A DNA stretch of 54,540 nt from Oligoflexaceae bacterium (GTDB taxonomy: Bacteria; Bdellovibrionota_B; Oligoflexia; Oligoflexales; Oligoflexaceae). The position numbers and the translations under genes are program-made. The notes beneath the pieces are model-generated. The model was not told the DNA's origin. It saw only the letters and a list, made by a program, of their open reading frames with translations, and did not search any database. The stretch covers positions 1 to 54,540 of the forward strand of contig CANGNB010000001.1 in the NCBI GenBank assembly GCA_947454545.1. The letters run 5' to 3'. Every line of letters starts with the position of its first letter. Position 1 is the stretch's first letter. Positions 46,893 to 54,540 of the stretch are shown here, one piece after another.

Positions 46893-48065
46893 ATGAAAGC
46901 CATTCGCAATTCTATGCTTTGTCTCTGGTCGTTTGCTGCTCTGAGCTCATGCGCAACAACGACGCGAACCCCTCAAAAATTGACCCAAAACAGCCAAGGG
47001 GTAGCCCGGAAACAGGGATTGGCAAAAGAAGGCCAAAAAGCCTCTATCTCCAAAACTCTGAACACGACCGCACCTGTTGCCTCTCTTCCGAAAACCGCCC
47101 AGGAAAGTTCCTCGGCCTTAAGTCCCGAAAAGCTGCTTGAGCACCTTGCCGATCCGAGCCTCCCTGTTCCGGATGCTGAGCTCCAGGAAGCAGCCAACTC
47201 CGCAGGCTCGCCTCCAGGAAGCCTGGGCCAGGCCATATTCATAGCCGGACAGCTCCGACTCATGCGCCTAGACCTTGAGCATCAATCTGGGTTTCAAGAG
47301 AAAGACCCACAAGGGCCTGAACATTCTAACAACGCCGCACCTCAGAACTTGCCCTCTCTAGAAAAGCGCTTTCAAGATTTGCAAGTCGATTTTGTCACGG
47401 CTCTTTCCCAGAATCCGCATCTCAAACAACCCAGCCTCTTAAGTATGACTGAAGATCTGCTTGATCGAACCCAAAATTCGGTCGCATTTCATCAATCCTT
47501 GGCTCCCCTCTTGCGTTCCCCAGTGGACACAAAAAACGTAGTCCCTGCGAATCAGGTCTCTACCTCGAGTGAAGTGCTCCCAGCCGCAGCGAATACTCCT
47601 GCCCCAAAAGAAGAGACTGCCCGACCGAGTGTTCCCGAATATGCTGAAAACAACGATATCAAGACAGCAATGAACGACTTGAAAAAATCTGATGTCGCTC
47701 TCCTCTTTGCCCAAAAGCTCGCTGACAAGGGTGATTACAAACAAGCCATAGATCAGGTCGAAAAGATTGAGCGGACTGATCCTTTCTACGAACTTGCCAA
47801 AGAGAAGCAAAAATCTTTTAGCAATCTGGCTGTGCAAGACCTGAGAAAACAGGCTGCCGAAGCTTTTCAAAATGCCATGCCTATTCGTGAACCCAGAGCT
47901 AAATTAGCCTACCTTAATCAGGCGAGAGATCTCTTGGAAAAGGCATTGAAAGACTTTCCTGTCGCTGATCAGCTGGATCGCGTGCGAGAAAATCTTAACG
48001 TCATCAATCGTGATCTTTCTCTTTTAGAGCAAGAAATCTCACAAAACTCTCCGAGCTCGAACTGA
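46893..48065 (+). CDS. Hypothetical lipoprotein with a TPR-like C-terminus
   Basis: Lipobox LSSC, low-complexity linkers and a helical C-terminal region (AQKLADKGDYKQAI). Confidence 0.65.
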   Translation: MKAIRNSMLCLWSFAALSSCATTTRTPQKLTQNSQGVARKQGLAKEGQKASISKTLNTTAPVASLPKTAQESSSALSPEKLLEHLADPSLPVPDAELQEAANSAGSPPGSLGQAIFIAGQLRLMRLDLEHQSGFQEKDPQGPEHSNNAAPQNLPSLEKRFQDLQVDFVTALSQNPHLKQPSLLSMTEDLLDRTQNSVAFHQSLAPLLRSPVDTKNVVPANQVSTSSEVLPAAANTPAPKEETARPSVPEYAENNDIKTAMNDLKKSDVALLFAQKLADKGDYKQAIDQVEKIERTDPFYELAKEKQKSFSNLAVQDLRKQAAEAFQNAMPIREPRAKLAYLNQARDLLEKALKDFPVADQLDRVRENLNVINRDLSLLEQEISQNSPSSN

Positions 48066-48069
48066 ATAT

Positions 48070-50043
48070 ATGCTGGCAATCGAACAACTTTCTAAAAACT
48101 TTGGCGCAAGATCTATATTTGAACAGGTCAATTTTCGCTTTCCTGATGGCGAAAAGCTGGCTCTTGTTGGTCCGAATGGCGCAGGAAAGACCACACTGCT
48201 CAATATCCTAACTGGCCACGAGCAGCCTGATGGGGGCCACATTGTTAAATCTCAGAACCTTCGCATAGGCTATCTGCCTCAAGAGCCCGAGGCACACCCT
48301 GAAGAGTCCGTTCTGCTTGAGTGCATGAAAGGCCATCAGCGAACCTATCAGCTGAAGCGCATTATGGATCAAGCCTTGGAGCTCCTTCAGTCAGACAACT
48401 CACCGCAAAGACTAACCGCTTACGAACAGGCCGAATCTCAATTTCGTCAATCCGATGGCTACAGTCTCGAAGCTAAGGCATCGAGTATTTTACACGGCCT
48501 CGGTTTTCATGTGAGCTTGATCCACAGAAGCCCGCTCACTCTTTCGGGTGGATGGCGTATGAGGCTAGAGCTAGCCAAAGTCTTCATCAATGAACCTGAC
48601 GTCATGATACTTGACGAACCTACAAACCATCTCGATCTTCCGAGCCTCATGTGGGTCGAACGGTACCTTCAAACCTATCGCGGAACACTGCTCTTTGTGA
48701 GCCATGACCGAGCCCTTCTCAATCGATTAGCGACGCAGACGATACTCCTTAGTCATGGTCAAGTGCGCTGCTATAAAGGTAATTTTGATCGTTTGCTCGA
48801 ACAGCGTGAATTAGAACAAAATCAGAATGAAGCTCGTAAAGCAAACTTAGAGCGACAAAGAGAACAACTTGAGGACTTTGTCGAAAGATTTGGTGCTAAG
48901 GCAAGCAAGGCTAAACAAGCCCAATCCAAAGCAAAGCAGATCGATCGACTGCGCGAACTTGAAGATCAGATAGAAAGTCCCCTTCACTCGTCGACACTGC
49001 ATTTGAAGTTGCCCGAAGCTCCTGCCTCAGGCCGGGACGTCCTGACTGTTGAAGATCTCAGCATAGGCTATCAGAGCCCTCTTGCGACTGGGATTCAGCT
49101 TAAACTCGAAAGGGGATCGAAGGTTGCCATCATCGGAAGTAATGGGATTGGCAAATCGACATTCCTCAAGACTCTCGCTCGGCAAATTCCAAGCCTCAAA
49201 GGCAACTTTCAATTTGGCCACAATGTTAAACTCGCCTACTGCTCTCAGAATCATGAAGACATTCTCAACTATGAGCAGACGATTCTTCATAATTTACTTC
49301 AATCGAGAGCTGATCTCGGGGAAAAAGAAGCCCGACAGATTTTGGGTTCCTTTTTGTTCTCTGGAGATGATGTATACAAGCAGGTTAAGGTCCTTTCAGG
49401 GGGTGAAAAAGCCAGGGTGGCTCTATGCCGTTCGATGATAGAACCATCGAATTTCTTAGTCTTGGACGAACCCACGAACCACCTCGACATGAGTTCCGTA
49501 GAGGTCCTCATCGAGGGTCTCAGGAGTTATCAGGGTACTCTCCTCTTTGTAAGTCATGACAGAACCTTTATCGAAGCCCTAGCCACACATATATTTGTGA
49601 TGCTACCCGATGGCAGGTCGGCCCTATTTCACGGAAATCTACTTGATTATCAGCGCCTTGCAGCGCAGCAAGGGTTCCCAAATGTTCTCGATCCTCAAAC
49701 AGAAAAAGAATCGGCGCATGAGGAACGTGGAAATCGAGCATCTGACCAAAATCAATCTGAAGAGCAGGCTCGACAGTTAAAGAAAGATCGAAGCCGGCTT
49801 CAAAAAGCCATGGAAAAGCATGAGAAGGATCAGCACAAGCTTCGCCTCCAAATTCAGAGCATCGAGCAAAAACTTGCCACTTTAGACCCTCAAGCTTACA
49901 CGGAAGCTCAGAAAGTTCATCAGGACTTGCAAGCAACCCAGGATGCTTTGCTAGCAGAAGAAGAAGCCTGGTTGGCAGCAGCCGAGCAGTTAGAGTCCGT
50001 GGAATCTCAGCTACAGACCATGGGCAGACTCGTTGTTTCATGA
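48070..50043 (+). CDS. ABC-F family ATPase (ribosome-associated, YheS/YdiF-like)
   Basis: Two nucleotide-binding domains (GPNGAGKTT/LSGGWRMR/LDEPTNHLD and GSNGIGKST/LSGGEKAR/LDEPTNHLD), a KAKQAQS linker, a C-terminal coiled coil and no TM. Confidence 0.95.
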   Translation: MLAIEQLSKNFGARSIFEQVNFRFPDGEKLALVGPNGAGKTTLLNILTGHEQPDGGHIVKSQNLRIGYLPQEPEAHPEESVLLECMKGHQRTYQLKRIMDQALELLQSDNSPQRLTAYEQAESQFRQSDGYSLEAKASSILHGLGFHVSLIHRSPLTLSGGWRMRLELAKVFINEPDVMILDEPTNHLDLPSLMWVERYLQTYRGTLLFVSHDRALLNRLATQTILLSHGQVRCYKGNFDRLLEQRELEQNQNEARKANLERQREQLEDFVERFGAKASKAKQAQSKAKQIDRLRELEDQIESPLHSSTLHLKLPEAPASGRDVLTVEDLSIGYQSPLATGIQLKLERGSKVAIIGSNGIGKSTFLKTLARQIPSLKGNFQFGHNVKLAYCSQNHEDILNYEQTILHNLLQSRADLGEKEARQILGSFLFSGDDVYKQVKVLSGGEKARVALCRSMIEPSNFLVLDEPTNHLDMSSVEVLIEGLRSYQGTLLFVSHDRTFIEALATHIFVMLPDGRSALFHGNLLDYQRLAAQQGFPNVLDPQTEKESAHEERGNRASDQNQSEEQARQLKKDRSRLQKAMEKHEKDQHKLRLQIQSIEQKLATLDPQAYTEAQKVHQDLQATQDALLAEEEAWLAAAEQLESVESQLQTMGRLVVS

Positions 50044-50123
50044 AAAAAGGGCTATCATCTTTTCGATAATAGCGCTTAACAAAGCGTACCCATTCAATAT
50101 CAATAACGCCTATTTCAAAAACT

Positions 50124-50603
50124 CTAGGATTCAGGATCCGATTCAGTGTCATCCACTTCGCCGTCTTCTGCATCTTCACTTTTATAGATGCGCGAGCGCG
50201 TGCACGGAATCGGTTCACCCGACTTGATGGTCTGCACATCTGAGCTCAGACTCTGGGGCGAAGCCTTTCGCAAGAAAGCGACGGCATCTTCTGGAATCGA
50301 AAAAAATTGGTAATCCGTGTAAGCATAAGAGAGCAAAAACTTCTTAGGCCCTTCCATCATGCCACAGAATAGAAATGGAAACTTCAGTCGCTTCCGAAGC
50401 TGAAGCAGCTCAGTCAATATAGTGCTGCACACTTCTTTTTCATCTTGGAAATCGACGATGAGATAACGAAGCTGGTGACTTATGAGCCAATTATGCACAC
50501 CAACAGCCAGCTCTGAGCAAGCACGACAGTCATTGCCGCAGGAACAGATATCCACGGCATTAAGAACTACCGATCCATCGATAATTTCGGGAACAAAGTC
50601 CAT
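50124..50603 (-). CDS. STAS-like (anti-anti-sigma fold) protein with a Cys cluster
   Basis: YLIVDFQD...VCSTILTELL..RKRL...FLFCG....KKFL......FFS..EDAV follows the STAS pattern. Also CSCGNDCRAC and an acidic tail. ATG at 50603 (alternative GTG at 50630). Confidence 0.55.
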   Translation of the reverse strand: MDFVPEIIDGSVVLNAVDICSCGNDCRACSELAVGVHNWLISHQLRYLIVDFQDEKEVCSTILTELLQLRKRLKFPFLFCGMMEGPKKFLLSYAYTDYQFFSIPEDAVAFLRKASPQSLSSDVQTIKSGEPIPCTRSRIYKSEDAEDGEVDDTESDPES

Positions 50604-50701
50604 ATCTTCGCTTTCTCCCGCAAAAAACACCGAAGTTACCGCAACTTCAGCAAAAAAACTGTCGGAATATAGTAAAGCGCAATTTAAAGATCAAGGATTT
50701 T

Positions 50702-51208
50702 CTACTCTTTGGTGACCCTCGACGTGAACATCGAAGCCTGACTCAGACACTCCCCTAGACGCCTTCGCTTGGCTGTCTGAAAATCATGCTGACTGACATA
50801 GATGCCCGCTTTAAGACAAGCCTCTTTGAACTGAGCCTGGATCTCTCCAAGAGACTCCCCCTCCCAGAAACCCATTCTTTGCTTGAGCGGTGACACCGAG
50901 AGACCTTGCAAAAAATGAAGCAGCCGAGAATCCGTCTCTTCATTTAAAATCCCAGTCCGACACAGCTCTCCTACATCGATCTCGTGGACGAGATCGAAGG
51001 TCAAACTATACCGAGGGGCACGACTTGCTAGTGGGCCTGGTCCCTGCTTTAGTTCAACGGCGACGGACCAAAGCCCGCCAGATCGATCTTTCAGAACTTC
51101 GAAGGTATTTTCCCTGAGCCAAAGATTGAACTCCGCCTGGGCTGCCGCTAAACTGGGGACCACGGGTTTACGGATACCAAAGTCTCTTAGAGCACTTCCA
51201 TGAGACAT
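50702..51208 (-). CDS. Hypothetical protein
   Basis: 168-aa ORF filling the gap between genes. No recognisable motif. Confidence 0.5.
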   Translation of the reverse strand: MSHGSALRDFGIRKPVVPSLAAAQAEFNLWLRENTFEVLKDRSGGLWSVAVELKQGPGPLASRAPRYSLTFDLVHEIDVGELCRTGILNEETDSRLLHFLQGLSVSPLKQRMGFWEGESLGEIQAQFKEACLKAGIYVSQHDFQTAKRRRLGECLSQASMFTSRVTKE

Positions 51209-51253
51209 CGTTCAGACCCCCCAAGAGAAAGTCGAAGCATGATTTCTATTATA

Positions 51254-51886
51254 ATGAGGCGGGCTCGGTTTTTAACTGGTTCAACTGGGCAAATTTTGCT
51301 TATTTTGACTGCTCTTTGCCAAGCCTGTGCCTACCAATTCTCTCAGCTTCATACGCAGATTCCAGGTGGCCTTCGTTCTGTCGCGGTCGAAGCTGTCTAC
51401 GATACCAGCCGTGACATTATCCCACACGAGCTCTTGTGGTCTGCCATGCAAAATCAGATAGCACGGTCTGGTCATGTCCTCCTGACGCAACAGGAGGAGG
51501 CGGATGGTTTAGTGACCATCTGGCTCCAAAAAAGCTCTGTGAACCCCGCAGGTACGGCCAGCCGCGAACCGCTTGCGAAAGACCCGCCTATTTCAGCCCC
51601 AAGTAAGGGCAGACCCGATGAGTATAGAAATCTCAGAAGAGCAGGGAGCTGGACGACTGACGAAAGCGTGAGCTATACGGTTGATATCGTGCTTCATGAT
51701 TTGAGGAATGGAAAAGTCTTAAAACGCCAGTCCTATTCTTTATCATCAAACTTCAAGAGTCTTCGACCTGTCACCATCACTTCAACTTCGAGCGGTTTTT
51801 TAAACTATGAAGAAGCGATGGAAGCCCGAGTCAAAGACCTTGCTACCCAACTTGCTCAAAAGGTAGTAAGCGATTTTTCGCTTTGA
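51254..51886 (+). CDS. lptE: LptE-like LPS-assembly lipoprotein
   Basis: Lipobox CQAC followed by AYQF (compare CGY.F), IPGG..SVAV, and a C-terminal helix LA..LAQ.VV. The start is uncertain (51239 or 51254). Confidence 0.65.
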   Translation: MRRARFLTGSTGQILLILTALCQACAYQFSQLHTQIPGGLRSVAVEAVYDTSRDIIPHELLWSAMQNQIARSGHVLLTQQEEADGLVTIWLQKSSVNPAGTASREPLAKDPPISAPSKGRPDEYRNLRRAGSWTTDESVSYTVDIVLHDLRNGKVLKRQSYSLSSNFKSLRPVTITSTSSGFLNYEEAMEARVKDLATQLAQKVVSDFSL

Positions 51887-53229
51887 AAAATGGGCAGATT
51901 TACTCGCTTTTTAAGTTCTGAAAAAGCTAATGAAAAACGCTCTTTGAGATCAGATTCGGAAACCCGGACCAGATCACGACGCCAGAGAACCCAGTGTCCA
52001 TCTACCATCACATGCTCCACCTGACGGTGAGCCGCTGAGAAAAAGATATTGGTGAGAGGGCGACTCTGCGGCTCCGACTCCAGTCCATTGCGTATGCACA
52101 CGAGATCTGCAAGTTTTCCTACAGCTAAACCCCCTAAGTCATTGGGTGCCAGAGTCTTCGCAGCTTCATGGAGGACCATAGAACCCAGCTGTGATGCAGA
52201 GAGTTGAAATTTCTTTTGACGAGCAAAGAGGGCCATGGCCTTTGCCTCAAACAACAGATCTGCTGTGTCATGAGAAGCTGCTGCGTCCGTACCTAGAGCG
52301 AGACGGAGCTCTTCCTCAAAAAAAAGTGAAAGATCGGGCAGCTCTTCATAAATGATCTCCGAAACAGGACAGAGGCAAGCGAGAGCTCCTGATTGTTTGA
52401 TGAGCTGTAAATCTTGCCTGTCTGCACTGACGAGATGGACAAGCAAAGAGCGCTCCTGCAAGACGCCAGCATCATGGGCATAACGCACAGGACTTTTTCG
52501 CTCTCGGCGCAAAACCCGTTCGCGCTCCCCATGGGTTTGAGAAAGATGCATGTGAAAGGGTAAGTTTCGTGACCTGGCAAAACTGCCTAATTCTTTGAGC
52601 AAATCAAAAGATACTGTGTCGGCAGCATGCGCATAGACGACAGGCTGTACCCGAGAGGAATAAGCCCAGCCATCGATCCAAGCACGCGTCTTCTTCCAAA
52701 CTTCCCCTCCAGCGGGATGAGGTCCTCCTAAATCTGCGATATGCTCTCCGATAAAACCTCGCACACCCAGGCGATCCATGGCCTTAGCAACGCCATCCAT
52801 AAAAAAATAAGCATCCACACAGGTCGTGCTTCCTGAACGAAGGGCATCGACTAGGTAGGGATAACTAAGAGCCTCGATCAGCTCTGGCGTCAGAGCTTTC
52901 TCAGCGGGGAAGAAAAAATTTTCAATCATGCTGGAATCAGCAGTCTTGTCTTTTGCATCTTGAGCCTGACCTAAGCCACGAAAAAAACTCATCGTTACAT
53001 GAGTATGAGCATTGATGAGTCCTGGCATGATGGTAAAATCGGTGAGATCGAGACGCTCCGCTTTAGGGAACTGCTGCCGTAAAGAGTCTTTGGCACCAAT
53101 GCCGACAATTCGACCTGCCTTAACTGCCAACGATGCATCTAAACCCTGCTCATGGTGAAGATCGACCATGATACGCGCGCCCTCGAGGAGAAGCCCCTCG
53201 CCTTTATCCTGCAACAGCCCGTCAATCAT
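51856..53229 (-). CDS. Amidohydrolase superfamily (MtaD/SsnA/TrzA-like) metallohydrolase
   Basis: MPGLINAHTH, SG.TT..D, H.H, LCP.S, LGTD and L.VGK.ADL. Likely ATG at 53229. The 3' end overlaps lptE by 31 nt. Confidence 0.9.
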   Translation of the reverse strand: MIDGLLQDKGEGLLLEGARIMVDLHHEQGLDASLAVKAGRIVGIGAKDSLRQQFPKAERLDLTDFTIMPGLINAHTHVTMSFFRGLGQAQDAKDKTADSSMIENFFFPAEKALTPELIEALSYPYLVDALRSGSTTCVDAYFFMDGVAKAMDRLGVRGFIGEHIADLGGPHPAGGEVWKKTRAWIDGWAYSSRVQPVVYAHAADTVSFDLLKELGSFARSRNLPFHMHLSQTHGERERVLRRERKSPVRYAHDAGVLQERSLLVHLVSADRQDLQLIKQSGALACLCPVSEIIYEELPDLSLFFEEELRLALGTDAAASHDTADLLFEAKAMALFARQKKFQLSASQLGSMVLHEAAKTLAPNDLGGLAVGKLADLVCIRNGLESEPQSRPLTNIFFSAAHRQVEHVMVDGHWVLWRRDLVRVSESDLKERFSLAFSELKKRVNLPIFQSEKSLTTF

Positions 53230-53320
53230 GCTAATTCGCCCTATGTATCTGATGCTAAAGGTCTTGTTCTCGCCTGGTCCACTGATTATAGTAGACAGCA
53301 ACCTTGGATAGGAGATTATC

Positions 53321-53899
53321 ATGGTTTTTAAATTACCCGAATTACCTTATGCAAAAGATGCTTTGGCTCCTCATATTTCAGCCGAGACTTTGGAATTTCA
53401 TTACGGCAAACATCATCAGACCTACGTTGACAACCTCAACAAGCTTGTTGCCGGCTCGCCTCTCGCAGAGAAAAGTCTGGAAGATTTAATCAAAACCACA
53501 GATGGTGGGATCTTCAACAATGCAGCCCAGGTCTGGAACCACACGTTCTACTGGTACTGTCTTGCTCCCAAAGCCGGTGGCCAGCCCAAGGGTAAGGTTG
53601 CCGATGAAATTCAAAAGGCTTTTGGAAGCTTTCAAACTTTCAAAGAAAAATTCACGGAAGCGGCTCTCACTCAATTTGGATCAGGTTGGGCTTGGCTGGT
53701 GAAAAAACCCGATGGCAGTCTCGCCATCGAAAAGACACCAAATGCAGGCAATCCAATGACCAGCGGACTCAAACCCCTTCTCACCTGTGATGTCTGGGAG
53801 CACGCCTACTACATCGACTATCGTAACGCTCGCGCTAAATATGTCGAAAATTTCTGGAATCTCGTGAACTGGGACTTTGTTGAAAAACAATACTCTTAA
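53321..53899 (+). CDS. sodB: Iron superoxide dismutase
   Basis: [16 protein letters not shown] (Fe-type AAQ signature), FGSGWAWL and [19 protein letters not shown]. Confidence 0.97.
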   Translation: MVFKLPELPYAKDALAPHISAETLEFHYGKHHQTYVDNLNKLVAGSPLAEKSLEDLIKTTDGGIFNNAAQVWNHTFYWYCLAPKAGGQPKGKVADEIQKAFGSFQTFKEKFTEAALTQFGSGWAWLVKKPDGSLAIEKTPNAGNPMTSGLKPLLTCDVWEHAYYIDYRNARAKYVENFWNLVNWDFVEKQYS

Positions 53900-53907
53900 G
53901 CCCACTC

Positions 53908-53933
53908 AAAGCGGCCTTTCAAAGGCCGCTTTT
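53908..53933. terminator. Intrinsic terminator after sodB (probably bidirectional)
   Basis: aaagcggcctttc-aaaggccgctttt. Confidence 0.85.
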
Positions 53934-54168
53934 ACTGTCCCGATGGCTCCGCCTTGAGAAAAGTGAGAGACAGCCAAAACCTTAACTGTCTGCTTAATTG
54001 GAATGTCCTGCCTGCCTGCTCCTGCTCAGAGCGCTGCTGTTGCAATTTAAAAACCTTGATGTATGCAAGGGCCACGAATAACAATGCCGCAAGAGCCAAG
54101 GTCACATTTTGCCTATAGAGGGGAATGAGGGGCAAAAGGTGGAATATAACTTTCCCTAGAACTTTCAT
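53932..54168 (-). CDS. Small hypothetical membrane protein (78 aa)
   Basis: ATG at 54168 overlaps (ATGA) the stop of the upstream ORF. Hydrophobic helix VTLALAALLFVALAYI. Confidence 0.5.
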   Translation of the reverse strand: MKVLGKVIFHLLPLIPLYRQNVTLALAALLFVALAYIKVFKLQQQRSEQEQAGRTFQLSRQLRFWLSLTFLKAEPSGQ

Positions 54169-54540
54169 GGAGAAGTTTCCTTTACAGCTGATACACGTCT
54201 TGACTGCAGAGGCTTCATACACACTGCATCTTTCGACTCTGGAAAATGAATCCAAAAATCCCAAGTATGAGTGCCTTTAGGCAGACGAGAGGTTTCAAAG
54301 AAAACGCCCATGCGCTTTTCACCCGGATAGCGACTGAGCGGCTTTTTCTTAAACCCTTCAACAGCAGGAATATCGCGCATCAATCGCGGAAAAAAGCCCA
54401 AATCTGCAGCTTTCCTGGTGATCGCAAAATTCAAAGAGAAAAGTCGCTGATGAAGTCGACCCAGGAGATTGTATCGACATACACTTGGGGTACAAAATTT
54501 TTCCAGAGGCTTCGATGGCGATTTTTTCTGTGAGGGATCG
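54165..54540 (-). CDS. 3' part of a hypothetical protein (partial, starts beyond the window end)
   Basis: The frame of ORF 54165..54434 stays open to the window end (DPSQKKSPSKPLEKFCTPSVCRYNLLGRLHQRLFSLNFA...KETSP*). Confidence 0.55.
   Translation of the reverse strand, partial: DPSQKKSPSKPLEKFCTPSVCRYNLLGRLHQRLFSLNFAITRKAADLGFFPRLMRDIPAVEGFKKKPLSRYPGEKRMGVFFETSRLPKGTHTWDFWIHFPESKDAVCMKPLQSRRVSAVKETSP

Noticed and set aside
48070-50043. ABC-F ATPase as an antibiotic-resistance (ARE) determinant
   Set aside because: The motifs and KAKQAQS linker look like housekeeping YheS/YdiF-type ABC-F proteins. There is no leader peptide or mobile context. A subfamily HMM would be needed to claim more.
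1-54540. Prophage, IS element, toxin-antitoxin or anti-phage defence island
   Set aside because: No transposase, integrase, phage structural, nuclease, reverse transcriptase or NLR-type motifs were recognised. The three GNAT genes lack adjacent RHH antitoxin genes.

Overview
A gene-dense stretch (roughly 45-50% GC by eye) of a diderm bacterial chromosome. The short flagellin, MshEN-type and REC-TPR proteins, GldAFG-type ABC locus and many uncharacterised beta-barrels suggest a Bdellovibrionota/Oligoflexia-like organism; this taxonomy is inference. Most genes are housekeeping or envelope genes: yfgM-bamB, mrp, grx, fadD, an RluA-family synthase, smpB, pfk, coaBC, plsC, flgE/fliS/fliD/fliC, proC, an ABC-F ATPase, lptE and sodB. 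I see no rRNA, tRNA, CRISPR array, transposase, integrase, prophage or recognisable defence system, and I cannot point to a clear new multi-gene system. The strongest leads are: (1) two tiny Arg/Lys-rich genes (44 and 54 aa) with good RBSs and matching TTGnnn-N17-TAGTCT promoters, candidate lineage-specific ribosomal or RNA-binding proteins; (2) a candidate sigma54-driven three-hairpin sRNA with an anti-Shine-Dalgarno-like tract, convergent on an orphan GH48 glycoside hydrolase; (3) an archaeal-type CoaBC lacking the clamp cysteine; (4) a GNAT gene antisense inside the fliC-fliD interval; (5) sigma28-like promoters in front of a CHASE2 adenylate cyclase and a beta-barrel gene; (6) a MshEN-like domain fused to a very long acidic repeat region behind a possibly structured leader; (7) a STAS-like protein with a CxCxxxCxxC cluster. 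All product calls come from motif recognition by eye, without database searches.
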